The notes beneath the pieces were generated by a model that was not told where the DNA came from, did not search any database, and saw only the letters and a program-made list of their open reading frames with translations. Source: Promethearchaeota archaeon (GTDB lineage: Archaea > Asgardarchaeota > Lokiarchaeia > Sigyniarchaeales > SOKP01). Taken from it: 64,000 nt of DNA. Made by a program: the position numbers and the translations under genes. This document shows, in pieces, positions 26,795 to 35,533 of this stretch. Each line of letters begins with the position of its first letter. Position 1 is the first letter of the stretch. Location: positions 27,966-91,965 of the forward strand of contig JBHLOI010000004.1 in the NCBI GenBank assembly GCA_048940645.1, given 5' to 3'.

Positions 26795-27931
26795 TTAAAT
26801 TTTAATTTTGGATAATTTCTTAAAGAGCTGTTCCTCTTCTGACAATATTTCTAAAGTAAGATTATGTAGTTCATTTAGATTTACGTGCTTTAAACATTCA
26901 TTTTTATATTCATCAGCAGCATTTTTTAAAGTCTCTGCTAAAAGCGTCCATTTTTGAGCAGATGCAGTCAAGTGTGGAAGAGAAGCCTTTAAAATTTCCA
27001 ATTCATCAATTTTCCATGCTCTTTGACCCTCTTTTAACTCCGGGTGATCTACAAGCTCTTCGATGAAGGATTTATACAAATTTCGAAAACTTGCTCCACC
27101 AGTCCCCCAAGTTTCAATATACCCATGTATTAATTCAAAGGTTAATCTAGCAGATGATTCTTCTTTTCCATTATAGGGATTAATAATTTGACCCTTTAAT
27201 GTCTCATTCCAGTTTAATATTGCATTTGCGAAGCGTTTGAATCCTTGAATTCCAACATTATTCATTGATGGCCTTAACATATGATTTACAACTTTCTGGA
27301 TTGCTAGCTTTACCCCTGCAGCGAATGGAGGATGTTTTCCGTCCACACGTCGTTGCATTGAATATTGGGTATTGTTAGGGTGTAAGAATTTTGGACCATG
27401 TCTAGAATTTCGTGCTTTTTTCAAATCTTCAATAAAAATTTCTTGAAAACCTTCAAATTCGGTATCTCCCACATACGCAAATCCTTTATCTTCATTGTAT
27501 CCAGCAAGAGTTATTGCATGCCCCCCAAAATGGATCTCTTCCTCTTCTTCAAAATAAGGCAAGAAACCTAAATCAACTTGAATTAATAATGGAACATCTT
27601 GCATGAGAAGCTTTTTAGATTCCTCCCATGCTTTATCTGCACTTGTAAATGATTGCTTTCTTAAAGTAATACCTAAAAGCCGACAGGCTAAGGAATTTGG
27701 TGTGATTGTATCTTGTTTTCCACCAACAAAAATAGCCATATCTGAGGGTTCTGATCCAGCTGTTCTAGTGGAGCTATCAAAATATGCAAATCCCATTGTT
27801 CCATCAAGTCCAAATGCCATTGGTTCCGACATGGGAAATCCATAAAATTCAAACATATCTCTCATTGCAGAAGATTCACAATGGGAGCCAATTTTGTGAA
27901 TAAAGTTATTTACCAAATGATTCTGAGTCAA
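26795..27931 (-). CDS. BtrH_N (papain/C39-like) + DUF4872 protein, paralog A
   Basis: It has GSHCESSAMRDMFEFYG, IHFGGHAITLAGYN and YVGDTE. The shared downstream block WGTGGA.FR.LY..F..E also occurs in paralog B. Confidence 0.6.
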   Translation of the reverse strand: MTQNHLVNNFIHKIGSHCESSAMRDMFEFYGFPMSEPMAFGLDGTMGFAYFDSSTRTAGSEPSDMAIFVGGKQDTITPNSLACRLLGITLRKQSFTSADKAWEESKKLLMQDVPLLIQVDLGFLPYFEEEEEIHFGGHAITLAGYNEDKGFAYVGDTEFEGFQEIFIEDLKKARNSRHGPKFLHPNNTQYSMQRRVDGKHPPFAAGVKLAIQKVVNHMLRPSMNNVGIQGFKRFANAILNWNETLKGQIINPYNGKEESSARLTFELIHGYIETWGTGGASFRNLYKSFIEELVDHPELKEGQRAWKIDELEILKASLPHLTASAQKWTLLAETLKNAADEYKNECLKHVNLNELHNLTLEILSEEEQLFKKLSKIKI

Positions 27932-28487
27932 TTTGGCCTCCTCCTTTCTTAATTTCTTCTAAAACCCATTTCAAAAATTCAATATCAGTTCCTAATATCC
28001 TAATAGGATGTTCAAAAAGACCTCTAACATTCAATGGCATATGAGAATTCTGCTTTAACATCCACTCTAATCCCTTTTTATGTTTTTTTATTTTGGCTAA
28101 TGAATGATTAATTGCCTTAATTTGTTCTTCTCTTGATAATAAAGGAAGCATTGAAAAGGCAACATAGAAATCCTCATCTTTCTTCCCCATAAATTCAGAT
28201 AATACATTAATCATCTTTTTCTTTAACGCTTTAAATCCAAGATCAGTTATAGTGTAAACCTTTCGAACTCTATTATCTACTTCTTCTTCATAAAACTCTA
28301 CAAATTCGGCGTCTTCCAATTCACCTATAACCCGGTAAATTGAAGACTTCCCAATTGCAGTCCAAGCTCTCATACCTCTCTCTTCTATTCTCTGATTTAT
28401 ATTATAAGCATGGCTAGGAAATTCTGCGACTAAACCTAGTAAAACAAATTGCTTATGAGTTAATCCATTTTCTGAGTTTTCAGACAT
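27906..28487 (-). CDS. PadR-family transcriptional regulator
   Basis: It reads FVLLGLVAEFPSHAYNINQRIEERGMRAWTAIGKSSIYRVIGELEDAEFVE...RKVYTITDLG, a canonical PadR wHTH. It overlaps the next gene by 26 nt. Confidence 0.85.
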   Translation of the reverse strand: MSENSENGLTHKQFVLLGLVAEFPSHAYNINQRIEERGMRAWTAIGKSSIYRVIGELEDAEFVEFYEEEVDNRVRKVYTITDLGFKALKKKMINVLSEFMGKKDEDFYVAFSMLPLLSREEQIKAINHSLAKIKKHKKGLEWMLKQNSHMPLNVRGLFEHPIRILGTDIEFLKWVLEEIKKGGGQIDSESFGK

Positions 28488-28512
28488 CCTAATCTTAATT
28501 TTTTAAAAAATC

Positions 28513-28550
28513 GAATATTCTCATTTGAGAATATTCTCATATGAGAGTAT
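28513..28550. promoter_or_regulatory. Candidate PadR operator: tandem GAATATTCTCAT repeats forming two palindromes
   Basis: The sequence is GAATATTCTCAT-TTGA-GAATATTCTCAT-ATGAGAGTAT. ATTCTCA-TT-TGAGAAT is a perfect inverted repeat and ATTCTCAT/ATGAGAGT is a near-perfect one. It lies 26-63 nt upstream of the padR start. Confidence 0.5.
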
Positions 28551-28647
28551 ATGTTAATTTTATATTTAAATCTTTTCATCAAGTTAGAGTAGATAAAATT
28601 GAAGACTACAAAAATCTATTATTAAAAATAAAAAAAAGTTTTATGTA

Positions 28648-29454
28648 TTAACCTTGAAATCTTTTTTCCAGTGTTTTTTGATGTATTGCAAAGGCTAAAA
28701 ATAGAAAACCAAATCCAAATCCTAATAAAACTAAAATGTCAATTATTAATCCAAAAGGTCCGAATGCACTAACTTCTCCTAACCCTACATTTATTATATC
28801 AAGAGAATATGTAAGTGGAGATATTATCGCAGTTGGCAGTGAAGTAATAGGCATAAAAAGCGGGCTAATAAATAGCAATGGAAATTTAATGAAGATTTGT
28901 AAAATCATTGTATTTCCAGGATTTTTTGTTGGTGGAGCAGAGATAATCAAACTAAAACTAGAAAAGACTAGTGCCGAAATAATCATACCAGCAATAATTA
29001 GAAAATAATTAATAAGCAATCCACTTGAGAGAAATATTACTCCTAAGACTAAAGGAATTGATGAGAATAACAAGCCATATATAAATGAACCCCAAATACT
29101 ACCAATTAATATAGTTTTAATTGAAACTGGACAAGTAGTTAAACGCTCAAAAGTACCACGCATAGTCTCCCATGGAAAGATGATTGGGCCCAGAGAAGTT
29201 GAAGTCAAGAAAAGAACCATTGCTATTATTCCAGAAATAAGATAAACGGGTGATATAGTTCTTCCTATTGTAAAAGCAAGAAATAAAATTATCGGAAAAA
29301 ATATTCCTTGAATTAATACAGGGGGTTTATTATAATAAATTTTCAAATCTTTTTTAGTTATTGTAAAAGATCTTTTTAATTGTGTTTTAAAATTTCTAAA
29401 CTTGGATTTTTTAGTAATTAAGTACTCCTTATTAATTTTTACCACCCCTTTCAA
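28648..29454 (-). CDS. ABC-2 type exporter permease
   Basis: It is a six-helix hydrophobic protein that overlaps the upstream ATPase gene by 23 nt, a typical ABC-2/DrrB-like layout. Confidence 0.8.
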   Translation of the reverse strand: MKGVVKINKEYLITKKSKFRNFKTQLKRSFTITKKDLKIYYNKPPVLIQGIFFPIILFLAFTIGRTISPVYLISGIIAMVLFLTSTSLGPIIFPWETMRGTFERLTTCPVSIKTILIGSIWGSFIYGLLFSSIPLVLGVIFLSSGLLINYFLIIAGMIISALVFSSFSLIISAPPTKNPGNTMILQIFIKFPLLFISPLFMPITSLPTAIISPLTYSLDIINVGLGEVSAFGPFGLIIDILVLLGFGFGFLFLAFAIHQKTLEKRFQG

Positions 29455-30448
29455 TGATTTTTAAAAATGCATCCTCTAATTTTGGTTGATGTGTATTTAA
29501 TTGTTTTATAATTAGATGATTCTGCTTTATGAAATCTATTATTTCGCATATACTTTCATGAACGTCTTCTACAATTATGTGAAAACCTTCTCTTACCTCT
29601 TGAACTTCTCTCACTGTGCTTAATTCTTCAATTTGGTTTTTATTTACTCCATTGGCAAAATAAAAATCGATTGCTTTATATTCCTGAGTTAAATTTTTCA
29701 AGTTTTTAGGAGTATCCAAACTTATGATTTTACCATGATGAATAATTGCAATCCTATGGCATAATTCGTTTGCTACCTCCATATCATGAGTCGTAAGGAA
29801 GATTGTCACACCTTTTTCATTATATTCTCTAATCAATTGCTTAATAATGCGAGCAGATTGTACATCCAATCCACTTGTCGGTTCATCCAGAAATAAAATT
29901 TCTGGATCACTCATTAATGCCATACATAGCAATAATCTTTGTTTCATTCCCTTCGAATATTTCATTGATTTCATATTACGCTTTTCATATAATTCGAATT
30001 TCTTAAGTAGAGCCTCTGCTCGTTTTAAGCGGACTTTTTTAGAAACACCATATATTTCTCCAATAAACATTAAATTTTGTAAACCTGACATTTCAAAATA
30101 TACGTTTGCCTCCTCAGGAACATTTCCAGTAATCTGTTTGACGAGAATTTGATTCTTCCATACATCCAGTCCAAATATAGATACATTTCCTTTAGTAGGG
30201 TTTAATACTCCTGTCATCATACGAATCGTGGTTGTTTTTCCAGCACCATTAGGACCTAGAAATCCAAAGATTTCCCCCTTTTTCACCTCAAAGTTAATAT
30301 TATCAACTGCTCGAATTATACCCTGCGTTCTTTGCGGACTATTTGGTCCCCTTTTCCCATTTTTCCCTTTTTTTGGGGATTTAAAATGTTTGGTTAGATT
30401 ATTTACAATTATTGCGCTCATTTTAATACCTCTACTTCTCTTCTTCAT
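29432..30448 (-). CDS. ABC-2 type exporter ATP-binding protein (DrrA-like)
   Basis: It has Walker A GPNGAGKTT, signature YSKGMKQRL, Walker B ILFLDEPTSGLD and an H-loop TTHDM. An alternative start is ATG 30421 (MSAIIVNNL). Confidence 0.9.
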   Translation of the reverse strand: MKKRSRGIKMSAIIVNNLTKHFKSPKKGKNGKRGPNSPQRTQGIIRAVDNINFEVKKGEIFGFLGPNGAGKTTTIRMMTGVLNPTKGNVSIFGLDVWKNQILVKQITGNVPEEANVYFEMSGLQNLMFIGEIYGVSKKVRLKRAEALLKKFELYEKRNMKSMKYSKGMKQRLLLCMALMSDPEILFLDEPTSGLDVQSARIIKQLIREYNEKGVTIFLTTHDMEVANELCHRIAIIHHGKIISLDTPKNLKNLTQEYKAIDFYFANGVNKNQIEELSTVREVQEVREGFHIIVEDVHESICEIIDFIKQNHLIIKQLNTHQPKLEDAFLKIIERGGKN

Positions 30449-30590
30449 CTAATTGAATGTGCTTTAAAAGCTCATTGATAGGTTGATCACCATGACATTT
30501 GATAATTTGATTTAGAGAACACCCGTGTGGATGCTTATCTTTTATTTCAGGCTTATCGCAAGCACATTCTTCTGTTTCCTTTATTTTCAT
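30432..30590 (-). CDS. Possible 52-aa Cys/His-containing small protein at the head of the ABC exporter operon
   Basis: The peptide is MKIKETEECACDKPEIKDKHPHGCSLNQIIKCHGDQPINELLKHIQLDEEEK. It has an ATG start, and its stop overlaps the ABC ATPase start by 17 nt (coupled arrangement). It falls below the ORF-track length cut-off. Confidence 0.3.
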   Translation of the reverse strand: MKIKETEECACDKPEIKDKHPHGCSLNQIIKCHGDQPINELLKHIQLDEEEK

Positions 30591-30770
30591 TTTGTAATTA
30601 CCTTCAATTCTTTATTTTTGGTTTTTCTTAATACTTGGAACAAGTACAACTATCACAATAGAGTTTTATAAAAATTTTTTAATTAGTTAAATGATAGATT
30701 GAACTAATCAAACCATATATTTAAATATTCCTAAAATTTCTATATTATAGGATTTTGAAGGTTTAAGGAT

Positions 30771-31118
30771 ATGACAAAAGAAATAGATCTTGAAAATATG
30801 GGTGATTATATAAAAGCACTGCATTGTGAAATTCGTTGGGTTTTAATAGACATTTTACGAGATGGTCCAAAATCTTCTGATGAGATTTTTAACCATCTTA
30901 AAAGTGTTAGTGGAAAAATTAACGATAATATAAAATGCCATGGTATGTGTGGTAAAGGAGATTTTAAGGATTTAAAGAAACCATCTTTATATTATCATCT
31001 TAGGGAATTAGAAAACGTAGGTATTATTAAAGCAGATTACAAGCCAAGCGAAAGTAAAAGAGCCCCTGAAAAAGTATGGAAATTGAATTTGGAAAAACTA
31101 ACAATAAATTTAAAATAA
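30771..31118 (+). CDS. ArsR-like winged-helix regulator with Cys-containing insertion
   Basis: It reads IKALHCEIRWVLIDILRDGPKSSDEIFNHL ... LYYHLRELENVGIIKA, with an inserted KCHGMCGKGDF loop. It is divergent from the ABC exporter operon. Confidence 0.6.
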   Translation: MTKEIDLENMGDYIKALHCEIRWVLIDILRDGPKSSDEIFNHLKSVSGKINDNIKCHGMCGKGDFKDLKKPSLYYHLRELENVGIIKADYKPSESKRAPEKVWKLNLEKLTINLK

Positions 31119-31204
31119 ATTTAATCATATCCTTTCTCAACTCTAAATATAACATTAACCTTTCGAGCAACATTAACAAACTGGATTAAAAAAAAAAAGA
31201 ATTT

Positions 31205-32008
31205 TTAAGTGTATTTTTCATGTAAGCTTTTTATAAAATCATCAAGTTCCTTCATAGACTTTTTTTCTGTATCATATGCAACTATCCCGCACTCATCTTC
31301 TAAATCAAAAAATGATTTAATATATCTTTTATTCATGATGGCTAACATTGATTTTATAAAGAATAAAAATTCTGTCTGGTATTTTGTTAATTGCTTCACA
31401 AAAGTAAGAGTTTCTTCTTCAAGTTTATCCGGTGGAAACACCCGTGTTGGAAAATTAATATTTTGCAATTCTTGTATCCCTACTTTATCAGTAGTAAAAA
31501 GAAGATTTTTTGCGTAAGTTAATCCAAATGCTATTAAAGGCAGGAATGTAGCTCCAGTCTGCGGAAAAGCGGATATAGCTATTTCCGGAAGCCTTAAATA
31601 CAACTCATCCTTAGGTCTATTCGCAAACACTCGTAAGTCTGACGCCAAGGTTATTAATACTCCAAAACCAACGGCAATACCTTGGACTTGGACTATCACA
31701 GGCTTCTTTAGTAGAACAATACTCTCATTAACGTTTCTTCCCCATTCTTGGATCATTTTTGCCTTTTCAGGAGATCCTTGAATCTCTTTTAGGTCATATC
31801 CCGCAGAAAAGAACCTATCCCCTGTACTCTTAATTAAGATACATTTAACTTTCTCATTTTTATCAGCGTCAATTAAACTCTCGTGAATCTTTTTCAACAT
31901 TGCAACATTACAAGAGTTAGCCTTATCGGGTCTATTAATTGTAATAATAGCAATTCGTCCTTTTATTTCGTATAAAATCAAATCTTGGCTACTCATAAGA
32001 ATTGACAC
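31205..32008 (-). CDS. Enoyl-CoA hydratase/isomerase (crotonase) family protein
   Basis: It reads IAIITINRPDKANS, FSAGYDLKE and VQGIAVGFGVLITLASDLRV. Confidence 0.8.
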   Translation of the reverse strand: MSILMSSQDLILYEIKGRIAIITINRPDKANSCNVAMLKKIHESLIDADKNEKVKCILIKSTGDRFFSAGYDLKEIQGSPEKAKMIQEWGRNVNESIVLLKKPVIVQVQGIAVGFGVLITLASDLRVFANRPKDELYLRLPEIAISAFPQTGATFLPLIAFGLTYAKNLLFTTDKVGIQELQNINFPTRVFPPDKLEEETLTFVKQLTKYQTEFLFFIKSMLAIMNKRYIKSFFDLEDECGIVAYDTEKKSMKELDDFIKSLHEKYT

Positions 32009-32149
32009 TTAAAATTTAATTAAAGATGTAAATGGAATGATTTTTAGATTACTAATGAACTATCAATCTATTATATAATAAATATTTTAACTATTAAGGT
32101 TTATATAGACTATTATCTGAGATAAAAACATTCAAACAATAATCGATAG

Positions 32150-32626
32150 GTGATAAATATAGAAAATATAATTATGATTAAAGAAGAATTTAATTGTGAC
32201 GTACCTACAGCTTTTAAAATGTTTACAGAAAATAATTTAATCGAATCTTGGTTAACCGAGAAGGCTGATGTAGAAGCAAAAATTAGAGGTAAGTATGAGC
32301 TTTTCTGGGACCCTAACAATCCCAAAGATAATAGTACTATTGGGTGTAAAGTTACTGGAGTTGAGCCTAACAAATTTATTTCATTTGATTGGAAGGGACC
32401 TGTACAATTTAAATCCTTTATGAATTCTGCTGATCCGTTAACTCACATTATTGTATTTTTTTCTGTTAATGATCATCTGAACCAGAATAACACTAATATT
32501 TACCTTTTCCATACTGGGTGGAGAAAAACCCAAGAATGGCAAGATGCTCGTAATTTCTTTGAAAAAGCCTGGAAAAAAGCTTTCAAGGAATTAAAAGAAA
32601 GAATTAGTGAAGGAATAAATATTTGA
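32150..32626 (+). CDS. SRPBCC/AHSA1-like ligand-binding domain protein
   Basis: It reads VPTAFKMFTENNLIESWL, GKYELFW and ISFDWKG..., a pattern typical of Activator-of-Hsp90-ATPase-homolog-1-like/SRPBCC proteins. The likely true start is ATG 32174. Confidence 0.55.
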   Translation: MINIENIIMIKEEFNCDVPTAFKMFTENNLIESWLTEKADVEAKIRGKYELFWDPNNPKDNSTIGCKVTGVEPNKFISFDWKGPVQFKSFMNSADPLTHIIVFFSVNDHLNQNNTNIYLFHTGWRKTQEWQDARNFFEKAWKKAFKELKERISEGINI

Positions 32627-32642
32627 TGAGATTAACCCTTTT

Positions 32643-33638
32643 TCACTTATTCGTAGTAAGTACACTTTTAGGGATATGGATTGCGAATTTACATTCCAGG
32701 GCACCATTTAAAGCAGTCTGCACAGGTTCAACTTTAATGGATTGCTCGAAAAGTTGATCCCAATAAAGCTTATACCAACCCGCACTACAATGACAGAAAT
32801 CTTCTGTAATTTCTTTTTCAGTACCATTTTTTATTGCTCCTCTAATCCAAGGACAATAACAAATAAAAAATTTCTTCATTCGATCATCTTTAGCATCTAA
32901 AAACTTCCTCATTTGGTAAGGAAGTTTTGATACATATATGATATTTTTATCTCTAATCCCTTCAGCAATCATCTGATTATTTTTTACATATTGTATTATC
33001 TCATCATCTATTTTCTGTGCAAATTCTAAAGTACCTTCATCTCTATGTTTCTCAAGTCTTGCTATTAGATCTTGATGTTTCTTCACTAAAAAACGATCTA
33101 TCCCTACTTCCTTTAGGAGTTTTTTATCACCCTCAATATCATCTGGAGGTCGTCCATGAAGGCATGGTGAAAGTAGATCAACAACTTTTTCCTTCCCAAT
33201 TTTTTTTTCCAGTCTTTTTAAAATAACCTTTGTAAATTCGGGTTTCTTTTCAGGATGAATACCAAGCGGGGGAATAATTAAATCTTGGAAGATTTCATCC
33301 CTTAAAGGTTCGCTATAAAATTCTGCTACTCTCGAGTACAAGTTATCCATTGCGTTATAAGATTCACTAATATCTATTACTTTAGTAATAAATTCATATC
33401 TCTTAGTAAAATTAGCATAGTACATTATTGCTCTTAGGAAATCTAAAACAAATTCTCCATCCAGCGAGACGAGATATTCAGAATATTCCATAATCTTTTC
33501 AGGTAAACTTATTTCAAGGGTTAGGTTATCGTTAGAGAGAAATTTTTCATAATTCTTAATTTGTTCAATTAATTTTGTAATGATTTGACTCTCAACTTTT
33601 CTTTCTTTCAAATACTTTTTAAATTTAGCTTCATTCAT
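32643..33638 (-). CDS. Hypothetical protein with C-terminal Cys cluster
   Basis: The 331 aa protein has the C-terminal pattern FICYCPWIRG ... FCHCSAGWY ... ECKF, suggesting a metal/cluster site. I cannot assign a family with confidence. Confidence 0.4.
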   Translation of the reverse strand: MNEAKFKKYLKERKVESQIITKLIEQIKNYEKFLSNDNLTLEISLPEKIMEYSEYLVSLDGEFVLDFLRAIMYYANFTKRYEFITKVIDISESYNAMDNLYSRVAEFYSEPLRDEIFQDLIIPPLGIHPEKKPEFTKVILKRLEKKIGKEKVVDLLSPCLHGRPPDDIEGDKKLLKEVGIDRFLVKKHQDLIARLEKHRDEGTLEFAQKIDDEIIQYVKNNQMIAEGIRDKNIIYVSKLPYQMRKFLDAKDDRMKKFFICYCPWIRGAIKNGTEKEITEDFCHCSAGWYKLYWDQLFEQSIKVEPVQTALNGALECKFAIHIPKSVLTTNK

Positions 33639-33898
33639 GACTATTCTATTAATGAGTTATTTTGGGAAAAATATATATATTTTCAATTTCAACCTAAAAA
33701 CCCTTAAATGTTATTTATATTGAAAGTGACCCACATGAGATATTTTAGGATAATCTATTCATAAATAAAAAAAAATAGGAATTACTCCAAGTAGATTTTT
33801 CAGATTCATTTGTCGAATACTTTTTCGGAAAAATTTAGATACCAATGACAATAATTTAGCATTAATAGAATAGACAGCAAAATCAGAATGTAAAAAAA

Positions 33899-35392
33899 AT
33901 GAAGGAATATAGTATTACTGAAATTCAAGCCTTAATGAAAAAAGGTGAACTTTCTGCTAGAAAACTAACTGAAATGTATCTAACTCGCATTCATGAAATC
34001 GATAAATTGGGTCCCAAAATAAATGCTGTAATTGAAATTAATCCAGAAGCATTAAAAGTTGCAGAAAATTTAGATGAGGAATGGAAAAACAACAAAGTTC
34101 GTGGACCTTTACATGGTATTCCGGTTATTATTAAAGATAACATTAACACTGCGGATAAGATGCAAACAACTGCGGGATCTTTAGCCCTTGAAGGGAACAT
34201 TGCTTCGGAAGATGCCTTTATTGTTAAAAAGTTACGAGATGCAGGAGCAATAATTCTCGGAAAAGCAAATTTAAGTGAATGGGCAAATTTTCGTTCAACT
34301 CGTTCTACTAGTGGTTGGAGCAGTCGAGGAGGACAAACTCTTAACCCATATTCATTAGATAGAAGTCCATGTGGCTCTAGCTCTGGATCCGCTGTTGCTG
34401 TAGCAGCTAATTTATGTTCAGTTGTCATAGGAACTGAAACCGATGGTTCGATAATATGTCCTTCACATGTTAGTTCAATTGTAGGAATTAAACCAACAAT
34501 TGGATTAGTTAGCCGAACTGGAATTATACCAATTTCACATAATCAAGATACTGCTGGACCTATGGCAAGAACCGTTCGAGATGCAACGATTCTACTGGGT
34601 ATAATAGCAGGGGTTGATCCTGATGATACAAGCACTATAAAGCATAACAATGAAATTCCTTCAGATTATACGAAATTGTTAGATTCTAATGGTTTGAATG
34701 GAGCAAGAATTGGTGTTGCTCGAAACTATTTTGGTAAAAATGATCATATAGATAAAATTATAGAGGGAGCCATTAAAAAAATGAAAGCACTAGGAGCAGA
34801 AATAATAGATCCTGTTGAAATTAAAGCTATTGATGATTTAGAGGACCCTGAATTTGAAGTCCTTTTATTTGATTTTAAACATGATTTGAATGAGTATTTA
34901 GCCAAATATGGACCTGTTAATTCTATGAAGAATATAGATGATATTATCCAGTTTAACAAAGAACATCAAGAGAAAGTTATGCCTTATTTTGGACAAGAAA
35001 TATTCATTATGGCAAGTGAAAAAGGCCCCCTAACGAGTGATGAGTATGAAGAAGCGTTAAAAAAATGTCATCGCTTAGCTCGAGATGAAGGAATTGATGC
35101 AGTTTTGGAAGAGCATCAATTAGATGCTATTATAGCTCCAAGTGGAGGAGCTGCTTGGCCAATAGATTATGTCAATGGAGATCATTTCACTGGGGGAAGT
35201 TCTTCTGCTGCAGCAATTGCAGGATATCCCAATATAACAGTTCCAGTAGGTTATGTGTTTGGTTTACCAGTTGGTATTTCATTTTTTGGTGGTGCTTTTC
35301 AGGAGCCAAAATTACTAAAAATTGCGTATTCTTTTGAGCAATCAACCCAAATACGCAAATCACCTAAATTTTTACCAAAATTAGATTTATAG
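33899..35392 (+). CDS. Amidase-signature (AS) family amidase
   Basis: It has GIPVIIKDNI, TTAGS and the AS signature GGSSSGSAVAVAANL..GTETDGSIICPS. Confidence 0.9.
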   Translation: MKEYSITEIQALMKKGELSARKLTEMYLTRIHEIDKLGPKINAVIEINPEALKVAENLDEEWKNNKVRGPLHGIPVIIKDNINTADKMQTTAGSLALEGNIASEDAFIVKKLRDAGAIILGKANLSEWANFRSTRSTSGWSSRGGQTLNPYSLDRSPCGSSSGSAVAVAANLCSVVIGTETDGSIICPSHVSSIVGIKPTIGLVSRTGIIPISHNQDTAGPMARTVRDATILLGIIAGVDPDDTSTIKHNNEIPSDYTKLLDSNGLNGARIGVARNYFGKNDHIDKIIEGAIKKMKALGAEIIDPVEIKAIDDLEDPEFEVLLFDFKHDLNEYLAKYGPVNSMKNIDDIIQFNKEHQEKVMPYFGQEIFIMASEKGPLTSDEYEEALKKCHRLARDEGIDAVLEEHQLDAIIAPSGGAAWPIDYVNGDHFTGGSSSAAAIAGYPNITVPVGYVFGLPVGISFFGGAFQEPKLLKIAYSFEQSTQIRKSPKFLPKLDL

Positions 35393-35533
35393 TAAAGAAA
35401 GATAGAGATAAAAAATTTAGTTCATAGAAATTTGTTTGAAAGTTAATATACCAATTGAATCTATATAGATTAACTTTTTTTAAAATAGAGATAATAATTA
35501 CTATATTACTAATTATATTAAAATGAAAAAATT

